From contig DAOTUC010000155.1 of assembly GCA_034437315.1 (NCBI GenBank), positions 1 through 52,939 on the forward strand: a stretch of DNA of 52,939 nucleotides, written 5' to 3'. The stretch is from Anaerolineae bacterium (GTDB lineage Bacteria > Chloroflexota > Anaerolineae > B4-G1). The notes below the pieces were generated by a model that did not search any database, was not told the DNA's origin, and worked only from the letters and a program-made list of their open reading frames with translations. This document shows, in pieces, positions 7,683 to 15,960 of this stretch. A program made the position numbers and the translations under genes. Positions within the stretch are counted from its first letter, which is position 1; each line of letters opens with the position of its first letter.

Positions 7683-7730
7683 GAACGTTTGTTCTGATTC
7701 TATCCTAACAGAACATTTGTGCTATGTCAA
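7683..7730 (-). promoter_or_regulatory. SOS-type promoter with two LexA boxes, driving the FtsK-like operon
   Basis: Minus strand: TTGACA (7725-7730), 17-nt spacer, TAGGAT (7702-7707). GAACATTTGTGC (7711-7722, one mismatch) lies in the spacer. A perfect GAAC-N4-GTTC (GAACGTTTGTTC, 7683-7694) lies just downstream of the -10. Confidence 0.7.
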
Positions 7731-7989
7731 GGGATTGCTATCCCAAATTCAGTTTGGGATAAGCGGCTCATTCCGTTTAGGGGGGAATCGCTTTTTATAG
7801 AGGGGGGGTGGAATTCAGAAAGCGCCGGACTGTAGTCCGGCGGGAACAGGTGAGTAGAAATGTTCAGAGGGATGGGGAGTAAATCGAATTAATCGGCAAC
7901 GTGATTCCGGGGCGCTCACGCTGAGTTTGTAACCCGACACTTCATCTGCTGGGTTACAGCACAACAACTCTACTGGCTTATTCGCTTGC

Positions 7990-8658
7990 TCATTGCAGTT
8001 GGCGGATGACCATAACCACTTTGCCCTGGACTTCGACCATTTGGGGATCGTCCACGTAAATCGGCGCCATCGTGGGGTTCGCTGGTTGGAGTCGCACCCG
8101 CTTGCCTTCGTGATAGAAGCGTTTGAGGGTCACTTCTCCGCTATCTTTGAGCCACACCGCCGCCATTTCCCCATTTTCGACGCGTTGCTGATGCCGCATC
8201 ACGACCACGTCGCCGTCGTGGACCAGCGCGTCGATCATCGAGTTCCCCTCGACTTGCAGCGCGTAGAGGTTGTCCGGATCGCCGACCAGGTCGCGCGACA
8301 ACTCGATAGTCTCGTCTCCCATCAGGGCGAAATCGCTCTCCGGGACCGGGATGGGCGCGCCGGCCACGATGCGACCCAGGAGCGGCAGTTGGATCACGTC
8401 ATCGCGCTCGCTTTCGGTGAAGACCCCCGACGTCAAGCGCAGCCCGCGTGAGACCTCCGGTTCACGGTCGATGTGGCCTTTCTCTTCCAGGCGTTTCAGG
8501 TTATAGCTCACCACGGAGGTTGAACTGATCCCCGCCGCGTCGCCGATCTCACGGATGGAGGGGGGATAGCCGTTTTCTCCGATATAGTCGTTCAAAAACG
8601 CCAGGATTGTCTCTTGCCTCTCGGATAAATGCTCGTGGGTGTTTGGCATTTGTTTCAT
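7990..8658 (-). CDS. lexA: LexA repressor
   Basis: wHTH LSERQETILAFLNDYIGENGYPPSIREIGDAAGISSTSVVSYNLKRLEEKG, cleavage region VAGAP, and S24 peptidase motifs GNSM and VWLK...LKRF. RBS GAGGAGG. Confidence 0.95.
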   Translation of the reverse strand: MKQMPNTHEHLSERQETILAFLNDYIGENGYPPSIREIGDAAGISSTSVVSYNLKRLEEKGHIDREPEVSRGLRLTSGVFTESERDDVIQLPLLGRIVAGAPIPVPESDFALMGDETIELSRDLVGDPDNLYALQVEGNSMIDALVHDGDVVVMRHQQRVENGEMAAVWLKDSGEVTLKRFYHEGKRVRLQPANPTMAPIYVDDPQMVEVQGKVVMVIRQLQ

Positions 8659-8696
8659 TTGGACCTCCTCGAAAGCGTTTGGAAGATTCTGTTCTC

Positions 8697-8725
8697 ATTA
8701 TATAAGAACATACGTTCGATGTCAA
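8697..8725 (-). promoter_or_regulatory. lexA promoter with embedded LexA box (autoregulation)
   Basis: Minus strand: TTGACA (8720-8725), 17 nt, TATAAT (8697-8702). A perfect GAACATACGTTC (8706-8717) sits inside the spacer. Confidence 0.8.
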
Positions 8726-8764
8726 GCGAATGAAACATCCCAATGACAGTTATCTGCGGGAGGT

Positions 8765-9547
8765 TCAGTCTGGCGTCACCCGTTCCTCGCCCGCGTAGAC
8801 CCGGAAACTGCGCCGCCGGATGTAGCCGATCAGTGTGACCCCCCATTCGCGCGCCAGTTGCACGGACAGCGATGTGGGAGATGTGCGCGAGATGACGATG
8901 GGCGCGCCCATCCGCGCCGCCTTGCTGACCATCTCGGAACTGATCCGCCCACTGGTCAACAGGATGCCATCGCACGTGGGCTGCCCGCGACGCAGACAAG
9001 CGCCGGCTACTTTATCGAGCGCGTTGTGTCGCCCTACATCCTCCGCCACACACACCAGTCGCTCCCCATCGCCCAGGGCGGCCGCGTGGATGCCGCCTGT
9101 TCGCCGGTAGATGCGTGACGATTCCGCCAGCGCGTTCAGCAAACCCGTCACCTGTCGAGGGGTCACGCGCAGGTCAGATTTAATGGGATGATGCGCGTTG
9201 GCGATGTCCTCGAACGTCGCGCCGCCGGCGCAGCCGGTCGTGATAACGCGGCGATCGGGCAGACTGATGGCGTGCTTTAGCCAGACGTCCAGCGACAGTC
9301 CATCGCCGCAGGGGCGCACTTCCGCCACCTCATCGATCCCCTCAATCAATCCCTCGTTGTAGAGAAATCCCACCGCTAACGCCTCTAAACGGGTCGGCGT
9401 ACACATCAAATTCACCAGCGGCCGCCCATTCACGTAGAGTATCACCCGCGCCTCGACCGGCGCCACGCCGCGCATCGGGCGGGATTGGTTATCGTAATAA
9501 CCCACGTACTCGATGGGAAATGAAGCCTCGTCAATCGGGTTAATCAT
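8765..9547 (-). CDS. fdhD: Formate dehydrogenase accessory sulfurtransferase FdhD
   Basis: [14 protein letters not shown] and [35 protein letters not shown] are typical of the FdhD family. Confidence 0.88.
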   Translation of the reverse strand: MINPIDEASFPIEYVGYYDNQSRPMRGVAPVEARVILYVNGRPLVNLMCTPTRLEALAVGFLYNEGLIEGIDEVAEVRPCGDGLSLDVWLKHAISLPDRRVITTGCAGGATFEDIANAHHPIKSDLRVTPRQVTGLLNALAESSRIYRRTGGIHAAALGDGERLVCVAEDVGRHNALDKVAGACLRRGQPTCDGILLTSGRISSEMVSKAARMGAPIVISRTSPTSLSVQLAREWGVTLIGYIRRRSFRVYAGEERVTPD

Positions 9548-11553
9548 GCCTTCGCCCGCGCCAATACTTGTAACGCCCGTTCGGCGATTGCCTCGGCGGT
9601 GAAACCGAATTTTTTCATCAAGACCTGGTGGGGGGCGGATGCGCCAAAGTGGTCTATGCCGATCACATCTCCGTCAGCGCCGACGTACCGTTCCCATCCC
9701 AGGGGCGCGCCAGCCTCAATAGCCAACCGGGCCTTGACCAGGGGCGGCAGCACCGATTCGCGGTACGCGAGCGGCTGGGCGTCGAAAAGCTCCCAGCTCG
9801 GCATACTGACGACCCGCACGCCGATCCCTTGTTCCGCCAGCAGATCCCGCGCCTCCAGGGCGATGTGGACCTCTGAACCGGAGGCGATGAGGATCAGGTT
9901 GGGGATGCCGGAACTATCCACCAGCACGTAAGCCCCTCGCCCCACCGTCTCCCCGGCCGGCCGTCGGGTCTCGAATAACACCGGCAATTTCTGGCGGGTC
10001 AGGATCAGCGCGGTGGGCCCATCGCGCCGTTGTAACGCCGCTTGCCAGGCCGCGGTTGTCTCGTTGGCGTCGGCCGGCCGGATGACGGTCAGATTCGGGA
10101 TCGCCCGCAGAGCGATCAGGTGTTCGACCGGTTGATGGGTGGGGCCGTCCTCTCCAATCCAGACCGAGTCGTGCGTCCAGACGTAGATGACGGGCGCGCC
10201 CATCAGGGCCGACATACGCACTGGCGGGCGCATATAGTCCGAGAAGACGAGGAAGGTGCTGGCGTATGGCCTTAACCCGCCGTAGAGCGCCATACCGTTG
10301 ACGATGCTGCCCATCCCGTGCTCGCGCACCCCGAAATGGAAATTGCGGCCGCCGGGCGTCTCGCGCTGGAAATTGGCGTAACCCTGGAGCGTCGTCTTCG
10401 TGGAGGGCGCCAGGTCGGCCGCCCCGCCGACGAGGGTCGGCAGGGCCGGCGCCAGCGCGTTCAGCACCGTCCCCGAAGCCTGACGGGTCGCCAGCGGGCC
10501 ATCGCTGAGCTTGAATGTGGGCAGCGCCTCCTCCCACCCGGCCGGCGAGTCGCCGGCCCACAACGTCTCCAGCGTCTCCGCCTCCGCCGGGTATGCGCCA
10601 TGGTAGCGCTCGAATGTCTCTCGCCATTCGGTCTCCGCCTCTCGCCCCTGCCCGATAGCCTGCCTGAATACCGCCAACGCTTCCTTGGGCAGGGCAAAGC
10701 GTTCCTCGGTCGACCATCCTATGTGTTTTTTGCTAAGCTGCACCTCATCCTCTCCCAGGGGCGCGCCGTGCGCAACGGCCCGGCCCTGTTTATTGGGGCT
10801 GCCATGGCCGATTTGTGTGTGGCAGATGATGAGGGATGGGCGTTCCGTCTCCGCCTGGGCGGCCTGGATCGCCGTCTCAATCGCCGCCAGCTCGTAACCG
10901 TCCACCTCCTGCACGCGCCAATGGCAAGCCCGGAAGCGAGCGGGAATGTCCTCGGTGAAGGTGATGTTGGTCGAGCCTTCGATGGAGATGTCGTTATCGT
11001 CGTAAAAGCAGATCAGCTTGTTCAAGCCCAGGTGGCCCGCCAGGCTGGAGGCCTCGTAACTGACCCCTTCCATCAGATCGCCGTCAGAGGCGATCACGTA
11101 GGTGAAGTGATCGAAGAGGGGACAGCCCGGGCGATTGAAAGTAGTCGCCATAAAGCGCTCGGCGATAGCCATCCCGACCGCGTTGCCGAACCCCTGCCCC
11201 AGCGGGCCCGTCGTCGTCTCGACGCCGGGCGTCAGTTCCCGCTCCGGGTGGCCCGGCGTGCGGCTGCCCCATTGTCGAAAGCGCTTGATCTCCTCCATGG
11301 GCAGGTCATAACCGGTGAGATGGAGCAGGCTATACAGCAACATCGACCCGTGCCCGGCCGAGAGGATGAAACGATCCCGGTTGGGCCAATCGGGGTTGGC
11401 GGGGTTATGCTTGAGAAAACGGGTCCAGAGCACGTAGGCCACGTCAGCGATTCCCATCGGCATCCCTGGATGGCCCGACTGGGCCTTTTGAATGGCGTCC
11501 ATCGCCAACGCGCGGATGGTATGGATACACAGTTGATCAAATTTAGCGGACAT
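9544..11553 (-). CDS. tkt: Transketolase
   Basis: [38 protein letters not shown] and [13 protein letters not shown]. The ATG at 11553 follows GAGGAG and is preferred over the ORF-track start at 11571. Confidence 0.95.
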   Translation of the reverse strand: MSAKFDQLCIHTIRALAMDAIQKAQSGHPGMPMGIADVAYVLWTRFLKHNPANPDWPNRDRFILSAGHGSMLLYSLLHLTGYDLPMEEIKRFRQWGSRTPGHPERELTPGVETTTGPLGQGFGNAVGMAIAERFMATTFNRPGCPLFDHFTYVIASDGDLMEGVSYEASSLAGHLGLNKLICFYDDNDISIEGSTNITFTEDIPARFRACHWRVQEVDGYELAAIETAIQAAQAETERPSLIICHTQIGHGSPNKQGRAVAHGAPLGEDEVQLSKKHIGWSTEERFALPKEALAVFRQAIGQGREAETEWRETFERYHGAYPAEAETLETLWAGDSPAGWEEALPTFKLSDGPLATRQASGTVLNALAPALPTLVGGAADLAPSTKTTLQGYANFQRETPGGRNFHFGVREHGMGSIVNGMALYGGLRPYASTFLVFSDYMRPPVRMSALMGAPVIYVWTHDSVWIGEDGPTHQPVEHLIALRAIPNLTVIRPADANETTAAWQAALQRRDGPTALILTRQKLPVLFETRRPAGETVGRGAYVLVDSSGIPNLILIASGSEVHIALEARDLLAEQGIGVRVVSMPSWELFDAQPLAYRESVLPPLVKARLAIEAGAPLGWERYVGADGDVIGIDHFGASAPHQVLMKKFGFTAEAIAERALQVLARAKA

Positions 11554-11653
11554 CAAAAGCTCCTCTCTCATAGGGGATTGTATGGTCTTTATTTTACCTG
11601 GAAAAACGTCGTTGGCAAGGAATGGCGCGCATTCTCTCCGCGGCCAAATTTGC

Positions 11654-11681
11654 TTGACCTCTCAAATCAACTTGGTATAAT
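11654..11681 (+). promoter_or_regulatory. Sigma-70-like promoter upstream of the RNase H-like gene
   Basis: TTGACC (11654-11659), 16 nt, TGgTATAAT (extended -10, TATAAT at 11676-11681). Confidence 0.5.
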
Positions 11682-11781
11682 CTCCAGGCTGTTCCGAAAA
11701 TATCTCCCCGTGCTGTCTCGGCGCACTCTGTTTGTCCGCCGGAAACGGGGGATAGTGATGACGATAAGGTGAAAACGAACG

Positions 11782-13032
11782 ATGCGTGACGACTTGTGGA
11801 GGCGGCTGCGCGAGCTGGGCGTCGTCGAGGGGGTGCGTGAATTGGCGACCCGCCCGCCTCGTCCACAGACCGCTATCGAAGACCTGGCGGCCGGCCGTTT
11901 TCATACGACGTCTCACGGTCGCTGTTTCGTCGTTGAGTTATCGTACCCGATCGAGCGCCTTCACGGCGACCATGCCCTGGCCCGTTTTCTGGACCTGACT
12001 CCCCAGGCTCTCGCACAAATAGGCCGCGACCCGGCCCTGGCGCTGGTCGATCCGGGCAAAGCCTGCTTCATCGACACCGAGACCACCGGCCTTTCTGGCG
12101 GCGCCGGTACGATGGCCTTCGTCGTCGGATTGGGCTTTTTCGAGGGGGAGGAATTTCACGTCCATCAGTACTTCCTGCGCGATCCTGGCGACGAACCGGC
12201 CATGGTCGAGACCTTGGCTCGACAATTGTCCCGTTTCGAGTACCTGGTCTCTTTCAACGGCGTCACTTTCGACGCGCCTATCCTGGAGAATCGCTTCATC
12301 CTGGCCCGCGTCCCGTCCCCTATGACGCATTTGCCGCACTTGGATTTGCTCCCCCCATCCCGCCGCTTGTGGCGCTATGCGCTTCCCTCTTGCGCGTTGG
12401 GATCTTTGGAATCCGAGGTGCTGGGCGTGCAGCGCGAGCAAGCCGACGTGCCCGGCGGGCTCATCCCCTACCTTTATCGCGACTACCTGCGCACCGGAGA
12501 CGCCCGCGAGATGAAGCGCGTGCTTTATCACAACGAGATTGACGTCCTCAGCCTGGTCTCCTTGGGCGTGCGGCTCCACCGGGCTGTCGCCGATCCGTGG
12601 AATGACGGCGCGCTCGATGGAGCTGCGCTCTACGGGCTGGCCCGCTGGTACGCCAGCGACGAGCGGGCCGAGGATGCGGAACAGGCCTATCGCGCCGCCC
12701 TCGTCGCCCCGCAGCCGCCGGACGTGCGGGCGCGGACGTTGCGCGACCTGGGGCGGCGCCTCAAGCGGGCCGAGCGTCGACGGGAGGCCTTCGGCTATTG
12801 GCAGCAGCTGGCCCTCGAATCAAGCGACGACGTGGACGCCCACGTCGAATTGGCCAAATACTTCGAGTGGCATGTGGAAAATCTGGCGTTGGCGGCCGGT
12901 TGGACGCGGGCCGCGCTGGCCCAGGTCGAAGCCTGGCCCCCCGGCCTCCGCCGCGCCGCGACCCAGGAGGAATTAGCCCACCGGTTAGAGCGGTTGGAGC
13001 GGAAGATGGCGGACGAGGCGCATGTAAAATAA
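11782..13032 (+). CDS. RNase H-like (YprB/COG3359-type) exonuclease domain protein with C-terminal TPR-like helical region
   Basis: CFIDTETTGLSGGAGTMAFVVGLGF...YLVSFNGVTFDAPILENRF...YHNEIDVLSL carries the DEDD-like exonuclease motifs. Confidence 0.75.
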   Translation: MRDDLWRRLRELGVVEGVRELATRPPRPQTAIEDLAAGRFHTTSHGRCFVVELSYPIERLHGDHALARFLDLTPQALAQIGRDPALALVDPGKACFIDTETTGLSGGAGTMAFVVGLGFFEGEEFHVHQYFLRDPGDEPAMVETLARQLSRFEYLVSFNGVTFDAPILENRFILARVPSPMTHLPHLDLLPPSRRLWRYALPSCALGSLESEVLGVQREQADVPGGLIPYLYRDYLRTGDAREMKRVLYHNEIDVLSLVSLGVRLHRAVADPWNDGALDGAALYGLARWYASDERAEDAEQAYRAALVAPQPPDVRARTLRDLGRRLKRAERRREAFGYWQQLALESSDDVDAHVELAKYFEWHVENLALAAGWTRAALAQVEAWPPGLRRAATQEELAHRLERLERKMADEAHVK

Positions 13033-13035
13033 AAG

Positions 13036-13070
13036 GGCGCTTGAGATGAGATTGCTCTCAACCAAGCGCC
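13036..13070. terminator. Bidirectional hairpin terminator (tRNA-Lys and the RNase H-like gene)
   Basis: GGCGCTTG / CAAGCGCC stem. On the minus strand it is followed by CCTTTTATTTT. Confidence 0.7.
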
Positions 13071-13076
13071 GCCTTA

Positions 13077-13150
13077 TGGGCCGTGCAGGAATCGAACCTG
13101 CGACCCTGGGCTTAAAAGGCCCCTGCTCTACCAAGCTGAGCTAACGGCCC
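13077..13150 (-). tRNA. tRNA-Lys (anticodon UUU)
   Basis: The reverse complement GGGCCGTTAGCTCAGCTTGGTAGAGCAGGGGCCTTTTAAGCCCAGGGTCGCAGGTTCGATTCCTGCACGGCCCA folds as a cloverleaf: acceptor GGGCCGT/ACGGCCC, anticodon loop CTTTTAA, T-loop TTCGATT. CCA is not encoded. Confidence 0.9.
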
Positions 13151-13159
13151 ACGAATGAA

Positions 13160-13188
13160 AGTATAACACGGTGCTGGTGGGTTGTCAA
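13160..13188 (-). promoter_or_regulatory. Promoter of tRNA-Lys
   Basis: Minus strand: TTGACA (13183-13188), 17 nt, TATACT (13160-13165), then ~9 nt to the mature tRNA 5' end. Confidence 0.65.
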
Positions 13189-13218
13189 CCAGATCAAGGC
13201 TTTTGCTAAATTCATGCC

Positions 13219-13244
13219 CGCTAGAATGCGCCGCTAGAATGCGC
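13219..13244. repeat. Perfect 13-bp tandem duplication CGCTAGAATGCGC x2
   Basis: Read directly at 13219-13231 and 13232-13244. Confidence 0.9.
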
Positions 13245-13250
13245 TGCTAC

Positions 13251-13383
13251 GGTCATCGTTTCGGCCGCTTGCCTGTTTCGTCTAGCTCCAAGCCCACGTC
13301 TCGAGGGCGTTGCAAGCGAGATTTGCCCCGAGAACCCGCCCTTGGGACGAGGGCTGAGAGCGTAGCCAGCCGAAACGATGACC
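13251..13383. repeat. 133-bp element bounded by a perfect 15-bp inverted repeat (long hairpin or MITE-like)
   Basis: GGTCATCGTTTCGGC (13251-13265) pairs with GCCGAAACGATGACC (13369-13383). Internal secondary inverted repeats are also present (CGCTTGC/GCAAGCG). Confidence 0.7.
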
Positions 13384-13477
13384 AAGGCCAGCGCCTATGA
13401 AGCGTATCATTTTGAGGAGGACGGTGTTATAATATAACAAAGCGCGACGGGCCGTCGGCTTGAGGTGAAGAAGAAAA

Positions 13478-14479
13478 ATGGTTATACCAAAAAGAACAAT
13501 TCCTATTTTATCGATCATCGTGACGTTGATTTCACTCGCGGCCTGCCGGGGCGAGGTCGTCACGCCTGAACCGACTCGCGAGCTCCACCCCACCCATACA
13601 GCGACATTCGCCCCGATCCCCACGCCCCGGGCGACCGCCACCGCCCCCTTCGCGCCGCCCGTCGCCACGCCCACGCCGACCGTGACGCCGACGCCGATCA
13701 TTCACGTCGTCCAGTCGGGGGATGTGTTGGGCGCTATCGCCTACCAGTACGGCGTTAGCGTGGAGGCGATCCAGGCCGCCAATGGTATTGAGAGCCCCCA
13801 ATTTCTCCAGATTGGGCAGGAATTGATCATCCCGACCGGAGACGATGGGGATGAAGCGATTCCAGGCATGCGCTTGCCTACGTCGACGCCTGTGGCGCTG
13901 TCGCCCCAGGGCGTCTCTTTCCACCGCACGCCGGTGGGCAGCCTGTGGTGCCTGGGAGAGGTCGCGAATCCTGTTGAGGGGGCGTTGGCCCACGTGCAAG
14001 TGCGGGTGGCGCTCTACGACGCCGCTGGCGAGTTGCTCGTCGCGGTCAATGCGTTCGTGGTCGCCGATCTCATTCAGCCGGGGGAGCGCGCCCCCTTTGG
14101 CGTCCTGTTCACCAATCCGCCGACCGATTGGGTCAATTCCCAGGCGACGGTGATCCGTGGGGAGACGGCCGGCGAGTTGACCCGGGCCTATGTCCCCTTA
14201 ACCGTCATCGAGGCGGACGGGCGGATGGCGGCCCCCCGCTTTCGGATTCAAGGGCAGGTGCAGAACACCGACGCCGAGCGGATGGCGAATCAAGCGGTCG
14301 TCATCGGGACGACGTATGACGCTGAAGGAGCGGTCACCGGCTTCCGGCAGATAACACTGGATTTGGAGACAAGCTTGACGCCGGGGGCGACGGCCCCGTT
14401 CGACCTGTGGCTTAATTTCCACGGCGATCCGCCGGCCGATTTCCACGTCATTGCCCTGGCCCGGGCGACGACTGAATAG
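13478..14479 (+). CDS. LysM-domain lipoprotein
   Basis: Lipobox LISLAAC, a Pro/Thr-rich linker, and a LysM domain HVVQSGDVLGAIAYQYGVSVEAIQAANGIESPQFLQIGQELIIP. An extended -10 (TGtTATAAT) lies at 13425-13433. Confidence 0.8.
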   Translation: MVIPKRTIPILSIIVTLISLAACRGEVVTPEPTRELHPTHTATFAPIPTPRATATAPFAPPVATPTPTVTPTPIIHVVQSGDVLGAIAYQYGVSVEAIQAANGIESPQFLQIGQELIIPTGDDGDEAIPGMRLPTSTPVALSPQGVSFHRTPVGSLWCLGEVANPVEGALAHVQVRVALYDAAGELLVAVNAFVVADLIQPGERAPFGVLFTNPPTDWVNSQATVIRGETAGELTRAYVPLTVIEADGRMAAPRFRIQGQVQNTDAERMANQAVVIGTTYDAEGAVTGFRQITLDLETSLTPGATAPFDLWLNFHGDPPADFHVIALARATTE

Positions 14480-14481
14480 AC

Positions 14482-14649
14482 GACTTTTACCACATACCCG
14501 TGAATGAACTATATTCCTGGGTAGGCGACCAACCCCTGTTGGGCGGTTTTAGCACAGAAACGACAGCACAGAAACGGTCAACGGGGGTTGGCCTACTTAC
14601 CCACAAGGTGATTGACTCGACACGCATTCACGGGTATTGACTTTTACCA
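14482..14649. mobile_element. MITE-like insertion: 13-bp terminal inverted repeats flanked by an 11-bp direct duplication
   Basis: Direct repeat GACTTTTACCA at 14482-14492 and 14639-14649. Inverted repeat ATACCCGTGAATG (14494-14506) / CATTCACGGGTAT (14625-14637). Internal second stem GTAGGCGACCAACCCCTGTTG / CAACGGGGGTTGGCCTAC, and a loop with AGCACAGAAACG x2. Confidence 0.55.
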
Positions 14650-14661
14650 GGAGGTGGTCCC

Positions 14662-15354
14662 GTGATATATCGCATCGTGCGCGCTATCGCTAATTTTATC
14701 CTTTGCTTGATCACACGGCGAGAATACGTGGGACTGGAAAACATGCCCTCGTCGCCCCCGTATATCTTGACGACAAATCACCTCTCCGCTTTCGATTCTC
14801 CCCTGCTGCTGGCGATATGTCCCCACACGATCCGCGCCTTTGCGGCCGCTAAGCATCGGAGACATCCCTTTTACGGGCCTTTGTTGGCGTTGCTGGGGGC
14901 GATCTGGGTGCGGCGCGGAGAGGTGGACCGTCAGGCGCTAAAAGAGGCTATGGACGTCCTGGAGCAGGGGGAGGTGCTGGGGATGGCGCCGGAGGGCACG
15001 CGGGCGCGCGGACCCTACGCTTTGCAGGAGGGGAAGGTCGGCGCGGCCTACCTGGCGACGCGCACCGGCGCGCCTATCGTGCCGGTGGGCATTGTCGGCA
15101 GCGAGAAAATTAAGCGCAACCTGCCCTGCCTGCGTTGCACCGACGTGCAAGTCGTCGTTGGAGAGCCCTTCCATCTGCCGGAAAACGGGCGTGTGCGGGG
15201 GCAGAAATTGCGCCAGTATACCGACGAGATGATCATGCACCGCATCGCCGACCTGTTGCCGGCATCGTACCGGGGCGTGTACGCCGGCGATGGAGGAGCC
15301 GTCATTGACGTTGACGGTAGAGCGATGGATCGACGACGCGCGCCATCTCTTTAG
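14662..15354 (+). CDS. plsC: 1-acyl-sn-glycerol-3-phosphate (lysophospholipid) acyltransferase
   Basis: HX4D motif TTNHLSAFDSPLL and APEGTRARG. GTG start after GGAGG. The 3' end overlaps the convergent sulfotransferase gene. Confidence 0.85.
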   Translation: MIYRIVRAIANFILCLITRREYVGLENMPSSPPYILTTNHLSAFDSPLLLAICPHTIRAFAAAKHRRHPFYGPLLALLGAIWVRRGEVDRQALKEAMDVLEQGEVLGMAPEGTRARGPYALQEGKVGAAYLATRTGAPIVPVGIVGSEKIKRNLPCLRCTDVQVVVGEPFHLPENGRVRGQKLRQYTDEMIMHRIADLLPASYRGVYAGDGGAVIDVDGRAMDRRRAPSL

Positions 15355-15949
15355 TGGCTAGTCGCCTATCCAGGAAGCGCTCAATCATCTTGGCGGAATC
15401 GGCGGGGTTTTCCACGACGTCGTTGTAACTGAGGTAGAGGACGTCGACGTTGGGTTGTGCGGCGATCCAGGATTTTACCTGTTGCAGGTGGTGCGCAAAG
15501 AGCTGGGCCAGCTTTTCGTCGCTGGTTTTATCGGGTGATTCGCCCCGATGAACGAGCATCCTGCGTTGCGAGGCGAGTATTTCCTCCATATTCCGGCGCA
15601 TAAAAATGATCTGGTAGTCATAATCAGGCGGCAGGTGCTTCAGAAGCGTGGCGATAATCTTGACCGCTTTGCCCTGGGCGTCCTTCAGCCAGGCCTGGTC
15701 GTGTTCCAGTTTTTTCACCCGCTCGAACTCATAATATCCCTTGGGATTGTCGGTGTCTGGCGTCCTGAGGTGATCGGTGAGGATCGGCAGCCCGCCCGCC
15801 TCAAGCATTTTCATCATCATCGACGTACCCGAACGGGGCAGGCCGGAAACGATGGTGATGGCCGATTCCATTGGCGACTCTATCGCCGATGGCGTCGGTT
15901 GTTGATTCATCCGGTCGCCGCTCAATAAGTTCTTCAATAATTTGATCAT
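15302..15949 (-). CDS. Sulfotransferase-family protein
   Basis: PAPS 5'-phosphosulfate-binding loop GLPRSGTSMMMKML, plus FMRRNMEEILASQ. The internal ATG (residue 65 of the ORF-track ORF) is chosen so the gene starts just after the upstream cysQ-like stop. The ATG at residue 78 is an alternative. Confidence 0.7.
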   Translation of the reverse strand: MIKLLKNLLSGDRMNQQPTPSAIESPMESAITIVSGLPRSGTSMMMKMLEAGGLPILTDHLRTPDTDNPKGYYEFERVKKLEHDQAWLKDAQGKAVKIIATLLKHLPPDYDYQIIFMRRNMEEILASQRRMLVHRGESPDKTSDEKLAQLFAHHLQQVKSWIAAQPNVDVLYLSYNDVVENPADSAKMIERFLDRRLATKEMARVVDPSLYRQRQ

Positions 15950-15960
15950 ATGCTCCCCAT

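Noticed and set aside
13282-13701. 139-aa minus-strand ORF across the LysM gene start and the palindromic element.
   Set aside because: It overlaps the LysM lipoprotein N-terminus in antisense (Gly/Val-rich mirror of the Pro/Thr linker) as well as non-coding repeats. It has no RBS.
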